A DNA stretch of 32,000 nucleotides from Thaumarchaeota archaeon CSP1-1 (GCA_001443365.1 LDXL01000006.1:87387-119386); one strand, 5' to 3'; numbered from the stretch's first letter, positions 8,675 through 17,300 are shown. A program made the numbers and translations. The notes: generated from the letters alone by a model not told the origin.

Positions 8675-10447
8675 ATGAACAAATACGAACTTGGAACATG
8701 GAATCTCAAAGGGTTAGTAGCCAACCCAAAAAGTCATGCATTTGAAAAACAAATTCAATTAGTTGAAAGAAAAGCAAAACAGTTTGAAAAAATCAAATCA
8801 AAACTAAATCCAAAAATATCATCTAAAAAATTTATTGAAATTTTACATGAATTAGAGGAACTTGATGAAAAAATGAGTATAATTGGCGGATATGCGTCTC
8901 TAACTTATTCAGGAGATACGCAATCAGATGAAGCAACTTCTTTACTTACTCGTATGACAAAACTTGGTTCTGAGATTTCTAATCGTACATTGTTTTTTGA
9001 TTTGTGGTGGAAAAGAGGAATTGATGAAAAAAATGCAAAACGTCTAATCAAAGATTCTGGGGAACTCTCAGGATATCTAAAATACAAACGACTTGTTGCA
9101 AAATACTCCCTTAGTGAACCTGAAGAAAGAATAATTAATACACTTGATGTCACCGGAAGTACAGCACTAATCAAGCTTTATGATAAAATAACAAACGCCT
9201 TTGAATATGTTGTAAAGATTGAAGGTAAAAAAAGAAAGCTCACGCGCGAACAACTCTCTACATATGTAAGAAGTACAAAATCAAAAACACGAGAGAAAGC
9301 ATACAAAGAACTTCTATCTAAATTTTCAAAAAATAAAGGAGTGTTAGGTGAAATTTACCAAAATGTAGTTCTAAACTGGAAGGACGAAGGGATAGAAATC
9401 AGAGGGTTTGCTTCTCCAATATCAATTCGCAATATTGCAAACGACGTGGATGACAAAACAATAAACTCTCTTTTGACAGTATGTAAAAAAAATGCACCTA
9501 TTTTTCAGAATTTCTTTATACAAAAGGCAAAAATGCTTGGATTAAAAAAACTTCGAAGGTATGATCTATATGCGCCAGCTACTTCAAAAATTAAAGAAAA
9601 AAACTACCCATATGACAAATCTGTAAAGCTTGTTTTTGAATCATTAGAAAAATTCAGTCCGCAACTATCTACCTTTGCAAAAAAAGTATTCATAGAGAAA
9701 CATGTTGATTCCTCAATTAGACAAGGAAAACGGGATGGTGCATTTTGTAGTACTTTAGCACCAAAAATTACACCATATGTGTTGGTTAATTTTGCAGGGA
9801 AATCAAAGGATGTTTTTACAGTTGCACATGAGCTAGGTCATGCAGTACACAATATGGCAGCTTCAGATAAATCAATTCTAGTGTCTGATGCCCCACTACC
9901 TTTAGCAGAAACTGCATCTACTTTTTCTGAATTGCTTTTATATGATAATTTGTCTGATAAAATTTCAGCAGATGAGAAAAAAATTATGCTTTCTGAAAAA
10001 ATTGATGATTTGTATGCAACAATAATGAGACAGTCATTTTTTACATTATTTGAAATTGAAGTACATAAACAAATTGCTCAAAGTACCACAATTGAGGAAA
10101 TTTCAAAGGCATATTCGCGTAATCTAAAAGAGCAATTTGGAAATTCGGTTGATACATCTGATGATTTTGCATTAGAATGGAGTTGTATTCCACACTTTTT
10201 CCATACGCCTTTTTACTGCTATGCATATTCTTTTGGAAATCTGTTAGCTTTATCACTATTCCAACGATACAAAAAGGAGGGTCAAGATTTTGTTCCCTCA
10301 TACATTAACATTTTATCTGCTGGCGGATCAAAAAAACCAGAACTCTTACTAGATGAATATGGAATTGACATAGGTTCATCAAGATTTTGGCAGGATGGAT
10401 TTGATTATGTTCATGATCAAGTAAAACAGCTTTCTGCCTTGAACTAG
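8675..10447 (+). CDS. pepF: Oligoendopeptidase F (M3B metallopeptidase)
   Basis: 590 aa with the zinc site HELGHAVH and a downstream E (LAETAS). Length and layout match PepF. Confidence 0.9.
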   Translation: MNKYELGTWNLKGLVANPKSHAFEKQIQLVERKAKQFEKIKSKLNPKISSKKFIEILHELEELDEKMSIIGGYASLTYSGDTQSDEATSLLTRMTKLGSEISNRTLFFDLWWKRGIDEKNAKRLIKDSGELSGYLKYKRLVAKYSLSEPEERIINTLDVTGSTALIKLYDKITNAFEYVVKIEGKKRKLTREQLSTYVRSTKSKTREKAYKELLSKFSKNKGVLGEIYQNVVLNWKDEGIEIRGFASPISIRNIANDVDDKTINSLLTVCKKNAPIFQNFFIQKAKMLGLKKLRRYDLYAPATSKIKEKNYPYDKSVKLVFESLEKFSPQLSTFAKKVFIEKHVDSSIRQGKRDGAFCSTLAPKITPYVLVNFAGKSKDVFTVAHELGHAVHNMAASDKSILVSDAPLPLAETASTFSELLLYDNLSDKISADEKKIMLSEKIDDLYATIMRQSFFTLFEIEVHKQIAQSTTIEEISKAYSRNLKEQFGNSVDTSDDFALEWSCIPHFFHTPFYCYAYSFGNLLALSLFQRYKKEGQDFVPSYINILSAGGSKKPELLLDEYGIDIGSSRFWQDGFDYVHDQVKQLSALN

Positions 10448-10476
10448 AATAGAAAATTTTATTCAAAATTAAAAGC

Positions 10477-10511
10477 GACTGACAGTCATTAAACGCATCA
10501 GACTGTCAGTC
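10477..10511. other. 11-bp perfect stem (GACTGACAGTC / GACTGTCAGTC) with 13-nt loop, 30 nt downstream of the pepF stop
   Basis: Arms checked as exact reverse complements. Followed by TTTGTT. Each arm is itself a 5+1+5 palindrome. Could be a terminator hairpin, a small RNA or paired protein-binding sites. Confidence 0.5.
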
Positions 10512-10612
10512 TTTGTTCCCCTTCGGTTTGAACCGATGTCAAAATGAAAAAGAAATCTACTAAATTTAAACTTTTGAAAGCATTTTAGTTTGTTTGACTA
10601 TATAAAATTGGG

Positions 10613-10765
10613 TTGAATTACCCTAGGTGTTGCAACAAAAAAGCAAAGTATCTTGTAACTTATGATTGTGGACCAGAAAAAAACCAGACAATTCTTGTGT
10701 GTGAAGAACACTATTCAGAAGAGCTATTTCATCGCTTTATAATCAAAGTGGAAAAAATAGGATAG
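10613..10765 (+). CDS. Possible small Cys-rich protein (~50 aa), absent from the ORF track
   Basis: Open frame LNYPRCCNKKAKYLVTYDCGPEKNQTILVCEEHYSEELFHRFIIKVEKIG* in an otherwise empty 345-nt gap. The only start candidate is the TTG at 10613, so the start is uncertain. Confidence 0.25.
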   Translation: MNYPRCCNKKAKYLVTYDCGPEKNQTILVCEEHYSEELFHRFIIKVEKIG

Positions 10766-10791
10766 TAACCTTAATAATTTCAAGCCAAATT

Positions 10792-11979
10792 GTGCTCCAT
10801 GTGTATAGATTATTCATTTTAGCATCTATTTCTTTGATAGTATTTTTCAGCTCTGCTGAAGTTTATGCTCAAGAGCCAAGACTAGCTACATTTCAGGAAA
10901 CTGCTCAGATGATAATTGACCAGAGTATCTCAAATAATGTTACTGCGGCAATTTCTCTGCAGAGTACAAGTAATCAGGAAATTAGGATTACTCCAGAACT
11001 TACAAAAAAAATTCAAGAAACCGAAAGAGTTCGTGCAGTTATCATAACTAGTGAAGAGCAATGTGTTCTTGGGGTACAAGATGAAAGCTGTATTATGATA
11101 AGCATGTCAGTAGAGGGAATTGAAGGGGGAATTAAGGCCATACAAGATACAGGACGCCTCATTGGAGACTCTTTAATTAACGACATTAATGATGAGTTTG
11201 ATACTGATGCAAAATTTCATTCAGTGTTTTTGCATCAAAGAGATGAATCAAACAGAGCATTAGGAACATCTGGGGTTATCTCTGGACAAGGTACGGTTTC
11301 AGCAGTGTATACAATGCCACGAGAAGACTCACAAACAATGTATGAAAAGTTCTCAACCATTTTGCTTCCTTTAGAGATTAGAGAGTCTGGAGGATTTTAT
11401 GAACTTGCTAGGAAATTATCTGCAGAACAAGATGCTAGGATGACACTATCAATAATTCCACAAAACGGAACTTCACTTTTTCAACTGAAACTATCTGTGG
11501 ATTATCCAAATACTGCAACAGGAATAAAAAATATCAGCCCACTTGAATTTTTTAAGACTAACGAATTAAAACGCTCAGATTATTTTTCAAAGGATTTCTA
11601 TCCACTAAATTCTCTTCTAAAGGTTATTTTACTATCACCAGAACCACTCAGAGTAAGTGATGTCAATACCAAAATTGTACCTGATGTAATTAAAGACGGA
11701 GAACGTTTACCAGAATTTACAACTGATGGTTGGTTCTTTGATCAAGAGTCAGGAGAAAAAATTGAAGCGACATATCTTTTTGGAAAAAAGTTCTCAGTTA
11801 GTAAAGATGATCTTGTTTTCACAGTAAGTCCCTTGGACGGTACTAATGGTAACGAAATAAACACGTCATCAAATACAGTAAAGATTGATTCTTTTCAGAT
11901 TGTAATTTTAGTTGGTATAGTTATGGCAGCAGTTGGAGCCTCAATTTATTACATGAAAGGATTTAGAGCAAAACATTAG
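10792..11979 (+). CDS. Secreted or membrane-anchored hypothetical protein
   Basis: N-terminal signal peptide (LFILASISLIVFFSSAEVYAQE) and C-terminal TM helix (IVILVGIVMAAVGASIYY) followed by basic residues. The in-frame GTG at 10801 sits about 26 nt downstream of the TATA-like TTAATAATTT and may be the true start. Confidence 0.6.
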   Translation: MLHVYRLFILASISLIVFFSSAEVYAQEPRLATFQETAQMIIDQSISNNVTAAISLQSTSNQEIRITPELTKKIQETERVRAVIITSEEQCVLGVQDESCIMISMSVEGIEGGIKAIQDTGRLIGDSLINDINDEFDTDAKFHSVFLHQRDESNRALGTSGVISGQGTVSAVYTMPREDSQTMYEKFSTILLPLEIRESGGFYELARKLSAEQDARMTLSIIPQNGTSLFQLKLSVDYPNTATGIKNISPLEFFKTNELKRSDYFSKDFYPLNSLLKVILLSPEPLRVSDVNTKIVPDVIKDGERLPEFTTDGWFFDQESGEKIEATYLFGKKFSVSKDDLVFTVSPLDGTNGNEINTSSNTVKIDSFQIVILVGIVMAAVGASIYYMKGFRAKH

Positions 11980-12527
11980 ACGAGTAATACCGCTGCAGCA
12001 AAAACTGTAGTCCAGCGTCCTTGTTTATCACCTATTGCAGTCTGAGTGACGTTTGCTGTTTTGTAGATCTCACCAGAGATGGTCCACTGTTGTCTTTTCT
12101 CATCCCAGCTTTTGTCAATATCAAACGGAATGCCAAGTGATGAGGCAAGCATTTGAGCTGCAATATCTTCTGCATAGTCGCCTGCTTCCTTTTCTGTTTG
12201 TCCAAAGGAATCGTATTCTGAAAGATACCCATAATGACCTGTGTCTTTTGGTTGTGCAACTCCAACTGAGGCTGCAGTTAACCGGTGGGGTTCTTGTGTT
12301 TGGTTCTTTGAATAAATTGTAAAAAGAATCTGTCCAGGATTGATTATCTTTAGTCCTTCATTTCTTGAGATAAGTTTTGCCTGAGGTGGAAATATACTTG
12401 ATATCAAAACCAAATTGGTTCCAGCGATTCCTGCATCTCTAAGTGCATATTCAAAACTAGTTAATCTGTCCTCGTGAACTCCTTTTCCTTTGGTAAGAAA
12501 TAATTTCTTGGCAACTAGGTCTAACAA
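11976..12527 (-). CDS. pdaD: Pyruvoyl-dependent arginine decarboxylase
   Basis: 183 aa with a self-cleavage-type Ser-Ser site in NLVLISSIFPP. Overall similarity to archaeal PdaD. Confidence 0.88.
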   Translation of the reverse strand: MLDLVAKKLFLTKGKGVHEDRLTSFEYALRDAGIAGTNLVLISSIFPPQAKLISRNEGLKIINPGQILFTIYSKNQTQEPHRLTAASVGVAQPKDTGHYGYLSEYDSFGQTEKEAGDYAEDIAAQMLASSLGIPFDIDKSWDEKRQQWTISGEIYKTANVTQTAIGDKQGRWTTVFAAAVLLV

Positions 12528-12585
12528 TTCTTCAGTTTTTCAAAGGTTTTGATATTTATAGTTTGATTATTGTGAAAATTTCTAG

Positions 12586-13062
12586 TCAAAGCTGTTTGAG
12601 AGAATTTGCAATTTCTTGTCCATGCTTTTCTACATAAATATCACGGAAGATTTTCTTGATTACTCCTTGTTTGTCTATAATGAAGGTGGAGCGTTTTGCT
12701 AATCCGATAATATTTAGTCCGGCATACTTTTTGCAGGTCTCCTTTGTTGGGTCACTTAGATGCAAATAGGGAATATTATATACATCTACAAATTTTTTCT
12801 GTTCCTCTACTGTGTCAATTGATATTGCAAACAAAACAGCGCCACTAGATACAATATCAGAGTAAGATGAGACTACGCTTTGGGCCATCTTGAAGACTTT
12901 TTTTGATGGACATGCAAAAAGATGGTTTTTTGGATAAAAACATAAAACAACATTTTTTTTGTTTTTAAATGACTCTAAATGAATGAGGCTTCCATCATTT
13001 GCTTTTAGCTCAAAATCAGGAGCAGTGTCCCCTTCTTGCATGGCTAATTGTGGCTCATTCAC
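12586..13062 (-). CDS. Peroxiredoxin-like (Bcp/AhpC-TSA family) thioredoxin-fold protein
   Basis: APDFEL...KNVVLCFYPKNHLFACPSK...RSTFIIDKQGVI matches the Prx scaffold, with the peroxidatic Cys and the conserved Arg present. Confidence 0.75.
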   Translation of the reverse strand: MNEPQLAMQEGDTAPDFELKANDGSLIHLESFKNKKNVVLCFYPKNHLFACPSKKVFKMAQSVVSSYSDIVSSGAVLFAISIDTVEEQKKFVDVYNIPYLHLSDPTKETCKKYAGLNIIGLAKRSTFIIDKQGVIKKIFRDIYVEKHGQEIANSLKQL

Positions 13063-13146
13063 CCATATGACTATTTAGCAAACAAGATTATAGTGCGATT
13101 TTTAGGAACTAGTATATTTATAACATCAATTTGACTTGTTGTTGCT

Positions 13147-13695
13147 TTGGATCTTGAATTTTTTCAATCAGAGGCTTTCGTTATTGGATACTATGTGTTG
13201 ACGGTTTCAGCCTCCCTGCTATTGATAAAAGAGACAAAAAAACGATGGCGTGATCTCATAGACGGCAAAAATTCTATGATATTTGCACCAATTTCATTTG
13301 GAATAATTCTTGCTTATGTTTTCCTTGCTTTTGATTTTTTTGAATCAATTCCAATTCTAAATTGGAGCTGGCTTGGCTACAACATTGCGTTTGGGCCATT
13401 TGCAGACCAAGGATTATGGGGAGTTTTACCGTTTATTCCACTATTGCTTTACATGTTTATTCACATAAACTATGTAGAAGAGCTTTATTTTAGAAAATCA
13501 AAAAAGATGGTAATAGTTTGGGCACTAGTCCATATAGCAATGGGAGTCAAAGTTTACATGGCAATTATGCTAATACCGATTGGATTTTTGTTCAAATATA
13601 TTTATGATAAAAAAGGATTAAACCACGCTTATGCTATGCACTTTGCAACAAACATTATGGTCGTAATTACTTTATTCCTTTCTTTTATCCCGTAA
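13147..13695 (+). CDS. CPBP family intramembrane glutamic endopeptidase (CAAX protease/Abi-like)
   Basis: Polytopic membrane protein carrying the three family motifs: EELYFR, a conserved His (LVHIAMG) and HFATN (HxxxN). TTG start. Confidence 0.72.
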   Translation: MDLEFFQSEAFVIGYYVLTVSASLLLIKETKKRWRDLIDGKNSMIFAPISFGIILAYVFLAFDFFESIPILNWSWLGYNIAFGPFADQGLWGVLPFIPLLLYMFIHINYVEELYFRKSKKMVIVWALVHIAMGVKVYMAIMLIPIGFLFKYIYDKKGLNHAYAMHFATNIMVVITLFLSFIP

Positions 13696-13881
13696 GTTTG
13701 GTTCTTGAGTGAAGAAAACCCAACCTACAAAACCACCAAGACAGATATTAATAACACCCATAAATGTAATAAAAAACGAAACTTGTGAAGGTTGAGATAA
13801 TCCTATTATAATTCCCATAGATCCAGTTCCAAAAAACAAGAGCATCAGAACTTTAAGCTTGTGTGGCTTTACGTATTTCAT
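13672..13881 (-). CDS. Small two-TM membrane protein (69 aa), hypothetical
   Basis: Two hydrophobic segments. Overlaps the convergent CPBP gene end by 24 nt. No homology signal recognised. Confidence 0.35.
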   Translation of the reverse strand: MKYVKPHKLKVLMLLFFGTGSMGIIIGLSQPSQVSFFITFMGVINICLGGFVGWVFFTQEPNLRDKRKE

Positions 13882-13995
13882 CGATGTTGCTCAATGTTAT
13901 ATGGTATTAAAGATTGATTATTTTTTAGCATACGAAAAAACTCGCAACTTGCTTTTAGAGAACATTTTAAACCGTCTGTCTTTTTTGTACCTTAT

Positions 13996-14070
13996 GCCAA
14001 TGTAGCTCAGCCTGGCTAGAGCATTCGCCTTGTAAGCGAAAGGTCGCGAGTCCAACTCTCGCCATTGGCT
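13996..14070 (+). tRNA. tRNA-Thr (anticodon UGU)
   Basis: Clean 75-nt cloverleaf. Acceptor GCCAATG/CATTGGC. D arm GCTC-AGCCTGGCTA-GAGC. Anticodon arm TTCGC-CTTGTAA-GCGAA. Variable loop AGGTC. T arm GCGAG-TCCAACT-CTCGC. Confidence 0.92.
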
Positions 14071-14209
14071 CTTTTAGTTCATTTCTTCATCAAAAAAGCT
14101 CGTTAATTTTTAACAAGGGTTTATTAGACGTGAAATGGTCAAGTGATTTATCGGAAATAATGATGGATAGGCAATGAGCTTTTTCTGTCATTGCTAAAGA
14201 TGAAAAAAA

Positions 14210-15532
14210 ATGACTACATTTGATGAATTAGGAATAAAAAAATCCATTTTAGATGGACTAAAAGAAATTGGCTTCAAGGAGGCATTTCCAATTCAAGTAG
14301 CAACTATACCTGTTTTACTCTCTGGAAGAGACGTAGTAGGACAAGCACACACTGGAACAGGAAAGACTGCGGCATTTTCTATTTCTATGTTACAGAAAAT
14401 TACCCCTAACGGAGGAATTCAGGGATTAGTAATTGCTCCAACAAGGGAGCTTGCAATTCAAATCACAGAGGAGATAAGAAAATTAGCTAAACATACAGGT
14501 ATCAAGGCAGCAACAGTATATGGTGGACAAGGAATGGGGCTGCAGCTAGACCAACTTAGAAGAGGACCTGAAATTGTTGTTGCGACCCCAGGTAGATTAA
14601 TTGACCATTTGAAGAGAGGTTCAATTAAACTCAATCAAGTAGGTCATGTTGTGCTTGATGAAGCAGACACTATGTTAGATATGGGATTTATTGAAGATAT
14701 TGAATTTATCTTGGATCTTACTCCTAAACAAAAGGTCATGTCGCTATTTTCTGCAACCATGCCGCCTGCAATTTTGAGATTAGCTGAAAATTACCTAAAT
14801 GATCCAAAACAATTCCTACTTGATGCGGATGATCTAAGTGGAGAGGGCATATCTCAGGCCTTTTTAGTAATTAAAGACAGAGACAAACTAAAATACTTGT
14901 TGGATTTCATTGAAGAAAATAAAAAAGGCCAAACCATAGTTTTTTGTTCGACAAAACATAGGACAAGAGATGTAGCACGAAGTCTTGAAAGAAGCAATTA
15001 CAATGTTGTGGCAATTGAAGGAGATATGTCACAGCATAGACGTGAAAAATCAATGTCTCAATTCCGACGTGGAAAGGCAGACATTCTTGTTGCAACAGAT
15101 GTTGCAGCCAGAGGGATAGACGTACCAGAAGTTGCACTTGTGGTAAATTTTGATGTTCCAAATCAAGAGTTGATGTATTTTCATAGAATAGGAAGAACTG
15201 CAAGAGCAGGGGCAATAGGAAGAGCAATTACTCTAGTGTCATATTCTTCAATCGGAGATTGGAAAGTAATAAAACAACAAACAAAAGTTGTGATGACTGA
15301 TTTGAATGAACAGATGGGAATAGAGATCAACATTCCAGATCCACTAAAAAGACAAGTTGGTCCTCGTAGAATGGGTGGATATCAGAGATCATCTTATGGG
15401 CAAAGAAGAGGTCGTTCATCTGGGTCTAGCCATAGGTCGGCTCGTGACCAATATGATAGAAGAAACAAACCAGGCGATAGACGACGGGATGGTGGCGGAA
15501 AAAGTTACTACGGTTTGAGAAGCAGATGGTAA
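14210..15532 (+). CDS. DEAD-box ATP-dependent RNA helicase with Arg/Gly/Ser-rich C-terminal tail
   Basis: Q motif, AHTGTGKT, PTRELA, DEAD (VLDEAD), SAT and HRIGRTARAG are all present. The last ~70 aa are RG/RS-rich. Confidence 0.93.
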   Translation: MTTFDELGIKKSILDGLKEIGFKEAFPIQVATIPVLLSGRDVVGQAHTGTGKTAAFSISMLQKITPNGGIQGLVIAPTRELAIQITEEIRKLAKHTGIKAATVYGGQGMGLQLDQLRRGPEIVVATPGRLIDHLKRGSIKLNQVGHVVLDEADTMLDMGFIEDIEFILDLTPKQKVMSLFSATMPPAILRLAENYLNDPKQFLLDADDLSGEGISQAFLVIKDRDKLKYLLDFIEENKKGQTIVFCSTKHRTRDVARSLERSNYNVVAIEGDMSQHRREKSMSQFRRGKADILVATDVAARGIDVPEVALVVNFDVPNQELMYFHRIGRTARAGAIGRAITLVSYSSIGDWKVIKQQTKVVMTDLNEQMGIEINIPDPLKRQVGPRRMGGYQRSSYGQRRGRSSGSSHRSARDQYDRRNKPGDRRRDGGGKSYYGLRSRW

Positions 15533-15593
15533 TTTCTTATTTCCTAGAAAATAAAAAGCACAAGTTTAAAGAAAAGAGTGTGAAAGTACTGTA

Positions 15594-15830
15594 ATGCATA
15601 TGGGATATGTTTTATTAAATTGCGACCTAGGAGCTGAAGAATATATTGTTGAGGAACTCAAACATATTCCAGAAGTAAAAAAGGCATATCTTACATTTGG
15701 GGCCTACGATATTGTAGCAGAAGTTCATGCTCCTACTCAAGAAGATTTTGAAAAAACTGTTGGAAATAAGATTAGGCGTCTTGCACGCGTAGTCAGTACA
15801 ATGACTCTAAACGTAGTCAATCCCGAATGA
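15594..15830 (+). CDS. Small Lrp/AsnC-type ligand-binding (RAM) domain protein
   Basis: 78 aa. GYVLLNCDLGAEEYIVEELKHIPEVKKAYLTFGAYDIVAEVHA resembles stand-alone AsnC C-terminal domains. The start may be the ATG at 15600. Confidence 0.65.
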   Translation: MHMGYVLLNCDLGAEEYIVEELKHIPEVKKAYLTFGAYDIVAEVHAPTQEDFEKTVGNKIRRLARVVSTMTLNVVNPE

Positions 15831-15861
15831 TTGTTATATAAGAAAATAAATTTTTAACAAA

Positions 15862-16149
15862 TTGGAAAAAATTGATTATACTGGAATTGTCTGGGCAATT
15901 AATCACAATAACCCTGAACCACTAGTTGAACACTCTTTAAAAAAATTACAAGCCTATGGTATAAAAAAAGAGGATATTGTGTTAACTGATGCTCCAGAAA
16001 ACGTTAAGGTTGGAGCCATTGTAGTTGAGATTTGGCCGTATCATTTGGAGATAGGTCGAGTTAGAACAATTAGAAATGAATCTTTCATTAGTGGTTCGGT
16101 GATGACAATAGAACTCAAAACGGATGCTGAAGGAAAATACATAGACTAG
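15862..16149 (+). CDS. Hypothetical protein (95 aa)
   Basis: Intact ORF with a TTG start. No recognisable motif. Confidence 0.45.
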   Translation: MEKIDYTGIVWAINHNNPEPLVEHSLKKLQAYGIKKEDIVLTDAPENVKVGAIVVEIWPYHLEIGRVRTIRNESFISGSVMTIELKTDAEGKYID

Positions 16150-16511
16150 AAAATTCATTTCAATTTTGCTAAATTACTTTAGTAATCTACAATCCGTCAA
16201 TTAAATACAAAATTAAAAAAATATCTCATTTAACAGACCACTCAATGTGATTTTGACAATGAATGGTTATTATAGATCATATTCTCTTACCCCCAACAAT
16301 GACTAGAAAAATTTTAACCGTCTTATTCCTGACAACAATTTTAATGACTTCAGCTATTGCAGTTTCAATTGAATTGTTACCTCAAGCAGATGCTGCAAAA
16401 AGTGCCGGTACACCATCACAACAATACGGTTCAGCAACTAAGGATAAGGTTTGTGGAGACAAACTTTGTTCTGAGACAGGAGGAAAAACTAAAACACCAA
16501 GTGTTCCGAAA

Positions 16512-16559
16512 AAAGAAGTAACACCTAGTGAACCAAAAGAAGTGACTCCTAGTGAACCA
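16512..16559 (+). repeat. 24-nt tandem repeat x2 encoding a KEVTPSEP linker
   Basis: AAAGAAGTAACACCTAGTGAACCA / AAAGAAGTGACTCCTAGTGAACCA, with 3 mismatches. Confidence 0.9.
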
Positions 16560-16622
16560 GTTTCAGAAAAAGTGGCACCACCAATGTGGCAAAGTGCTTC
16601 AGGCACCATCAAATCAATACAA

Positions 16623-17279
16623 GACCCAGGCATAGGTCATGAGACACATCAACTTGCAATTATTTTGCCACCAAGTGACAAAGTCTACAAGGGATTGTTT
16701 TCATACGATGCTTCAGAACCAATTCAGCTGGCCCTTCATGGCCACTAGCTGATGGTGAAGATAATGGACAACCCATATGGACACCAGATGGTAAAACAAA
16801 GTTTGCATTAACCTTCATTGATCCACAATCTAGCATGGGAAGTTGGATTTTCACTGGCAATGCACTTGCAGTTCATACCATGAATAAAGATCCGTTTACT
16901 GTTAGCTATTCAGTAAGTTACATGGAAAATGAAATGTCTGATACTGTAATGACTGGAACCCTAGATTCAATGCTAGACCCAGGAATCGGTCATGAGACAC
17001 ATCAACTAGCAATCATACTGCCCCCAAGTGAAAAAACTTACAGTGGGGTCTTGACCTATTCAGCGTCAGAACCAATTCAGCTGGTTGCCCTTCATGGACC
17101 ACTAGCTGCTGGGGAAGACATGGGCCAAAAAATTTGGACTCCTGATGGTAAAACAAAGTTTGCATTAACCTTCATTGATGACGAGACAAACATGGGAACA
17201 TGGGCATTTGCAGGAAACGCTCTTGCAGTTCATACCATGAATGAAAATCAGTTTACCGTAAGTTATTCCGTTGTAGCAG
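16623..17279 (+). repeat. Tandem intragenic duplication, period ~353-357 nt (two domain copies)
   Basis: Copy 1 starts GACCCAGGCATAGGTCATGAGACACATCAAC at 16623. Copy 2 starts GACCCAGGAATCGGTCATGAGACACATCAAC at 16976. Long identical stretches occur, for example GATGGTAAAACAAAGTTTGCATTAACCTTCATTGAT. Confidence 0.9.
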
Positions 17280-17300
17280 GACAATAAAGAAAATTTCCCC

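Larger units (their letters stand above)
16299..17287 (+). pseudogene. Secreted protein with two tandem copies of a novel ~118-aa domain, reading frame broken near 16741 (pseudogene, sequencing error or recoding)
   Basis: ORFs 16263-16748 and 16835-17287 are one gene. The frame of the second ORF is already open from 16679 and encodes PLADGEDNGQPIWTPDGKTKFALTFID..., colinear with copy 2 (PLAAGEDMGQKIWTPDGKTKFALTFID...). Nucleotide alignment shows CATGG-CCACT in copy 1 versus CATGGACCACT in copy 2. The likely start is ATG 16299, with TTATTATA about 28 nt upstream, followed by a signal/TM segment. Confidence 0.7.

Noticed and set aside
12032-12322. ORFs 12032-12265 (minus) and 12053-12322 (plus) within pdaD
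   Set aside because: These are alternative-frame or antisense ORFs inside a well-supported PdaD gene.
14158-14215. Possible C/D-box sRNA (ATGATGG ... CTGT ... AGATGA ... )
   Set aside because: The box sequences deviate from RUGAUGA/CUGA at key positions, there is no proper terminal D box or kink-turn pairing, and the region is better explained as the helicase 5' leader.
16382-16860. Minus-strand ORFs 16382-16633 and 16660-16860
   Set aside because: They are antisense to the tandem-domain gene, whose two copies support the plus-strand frame through paralogy.
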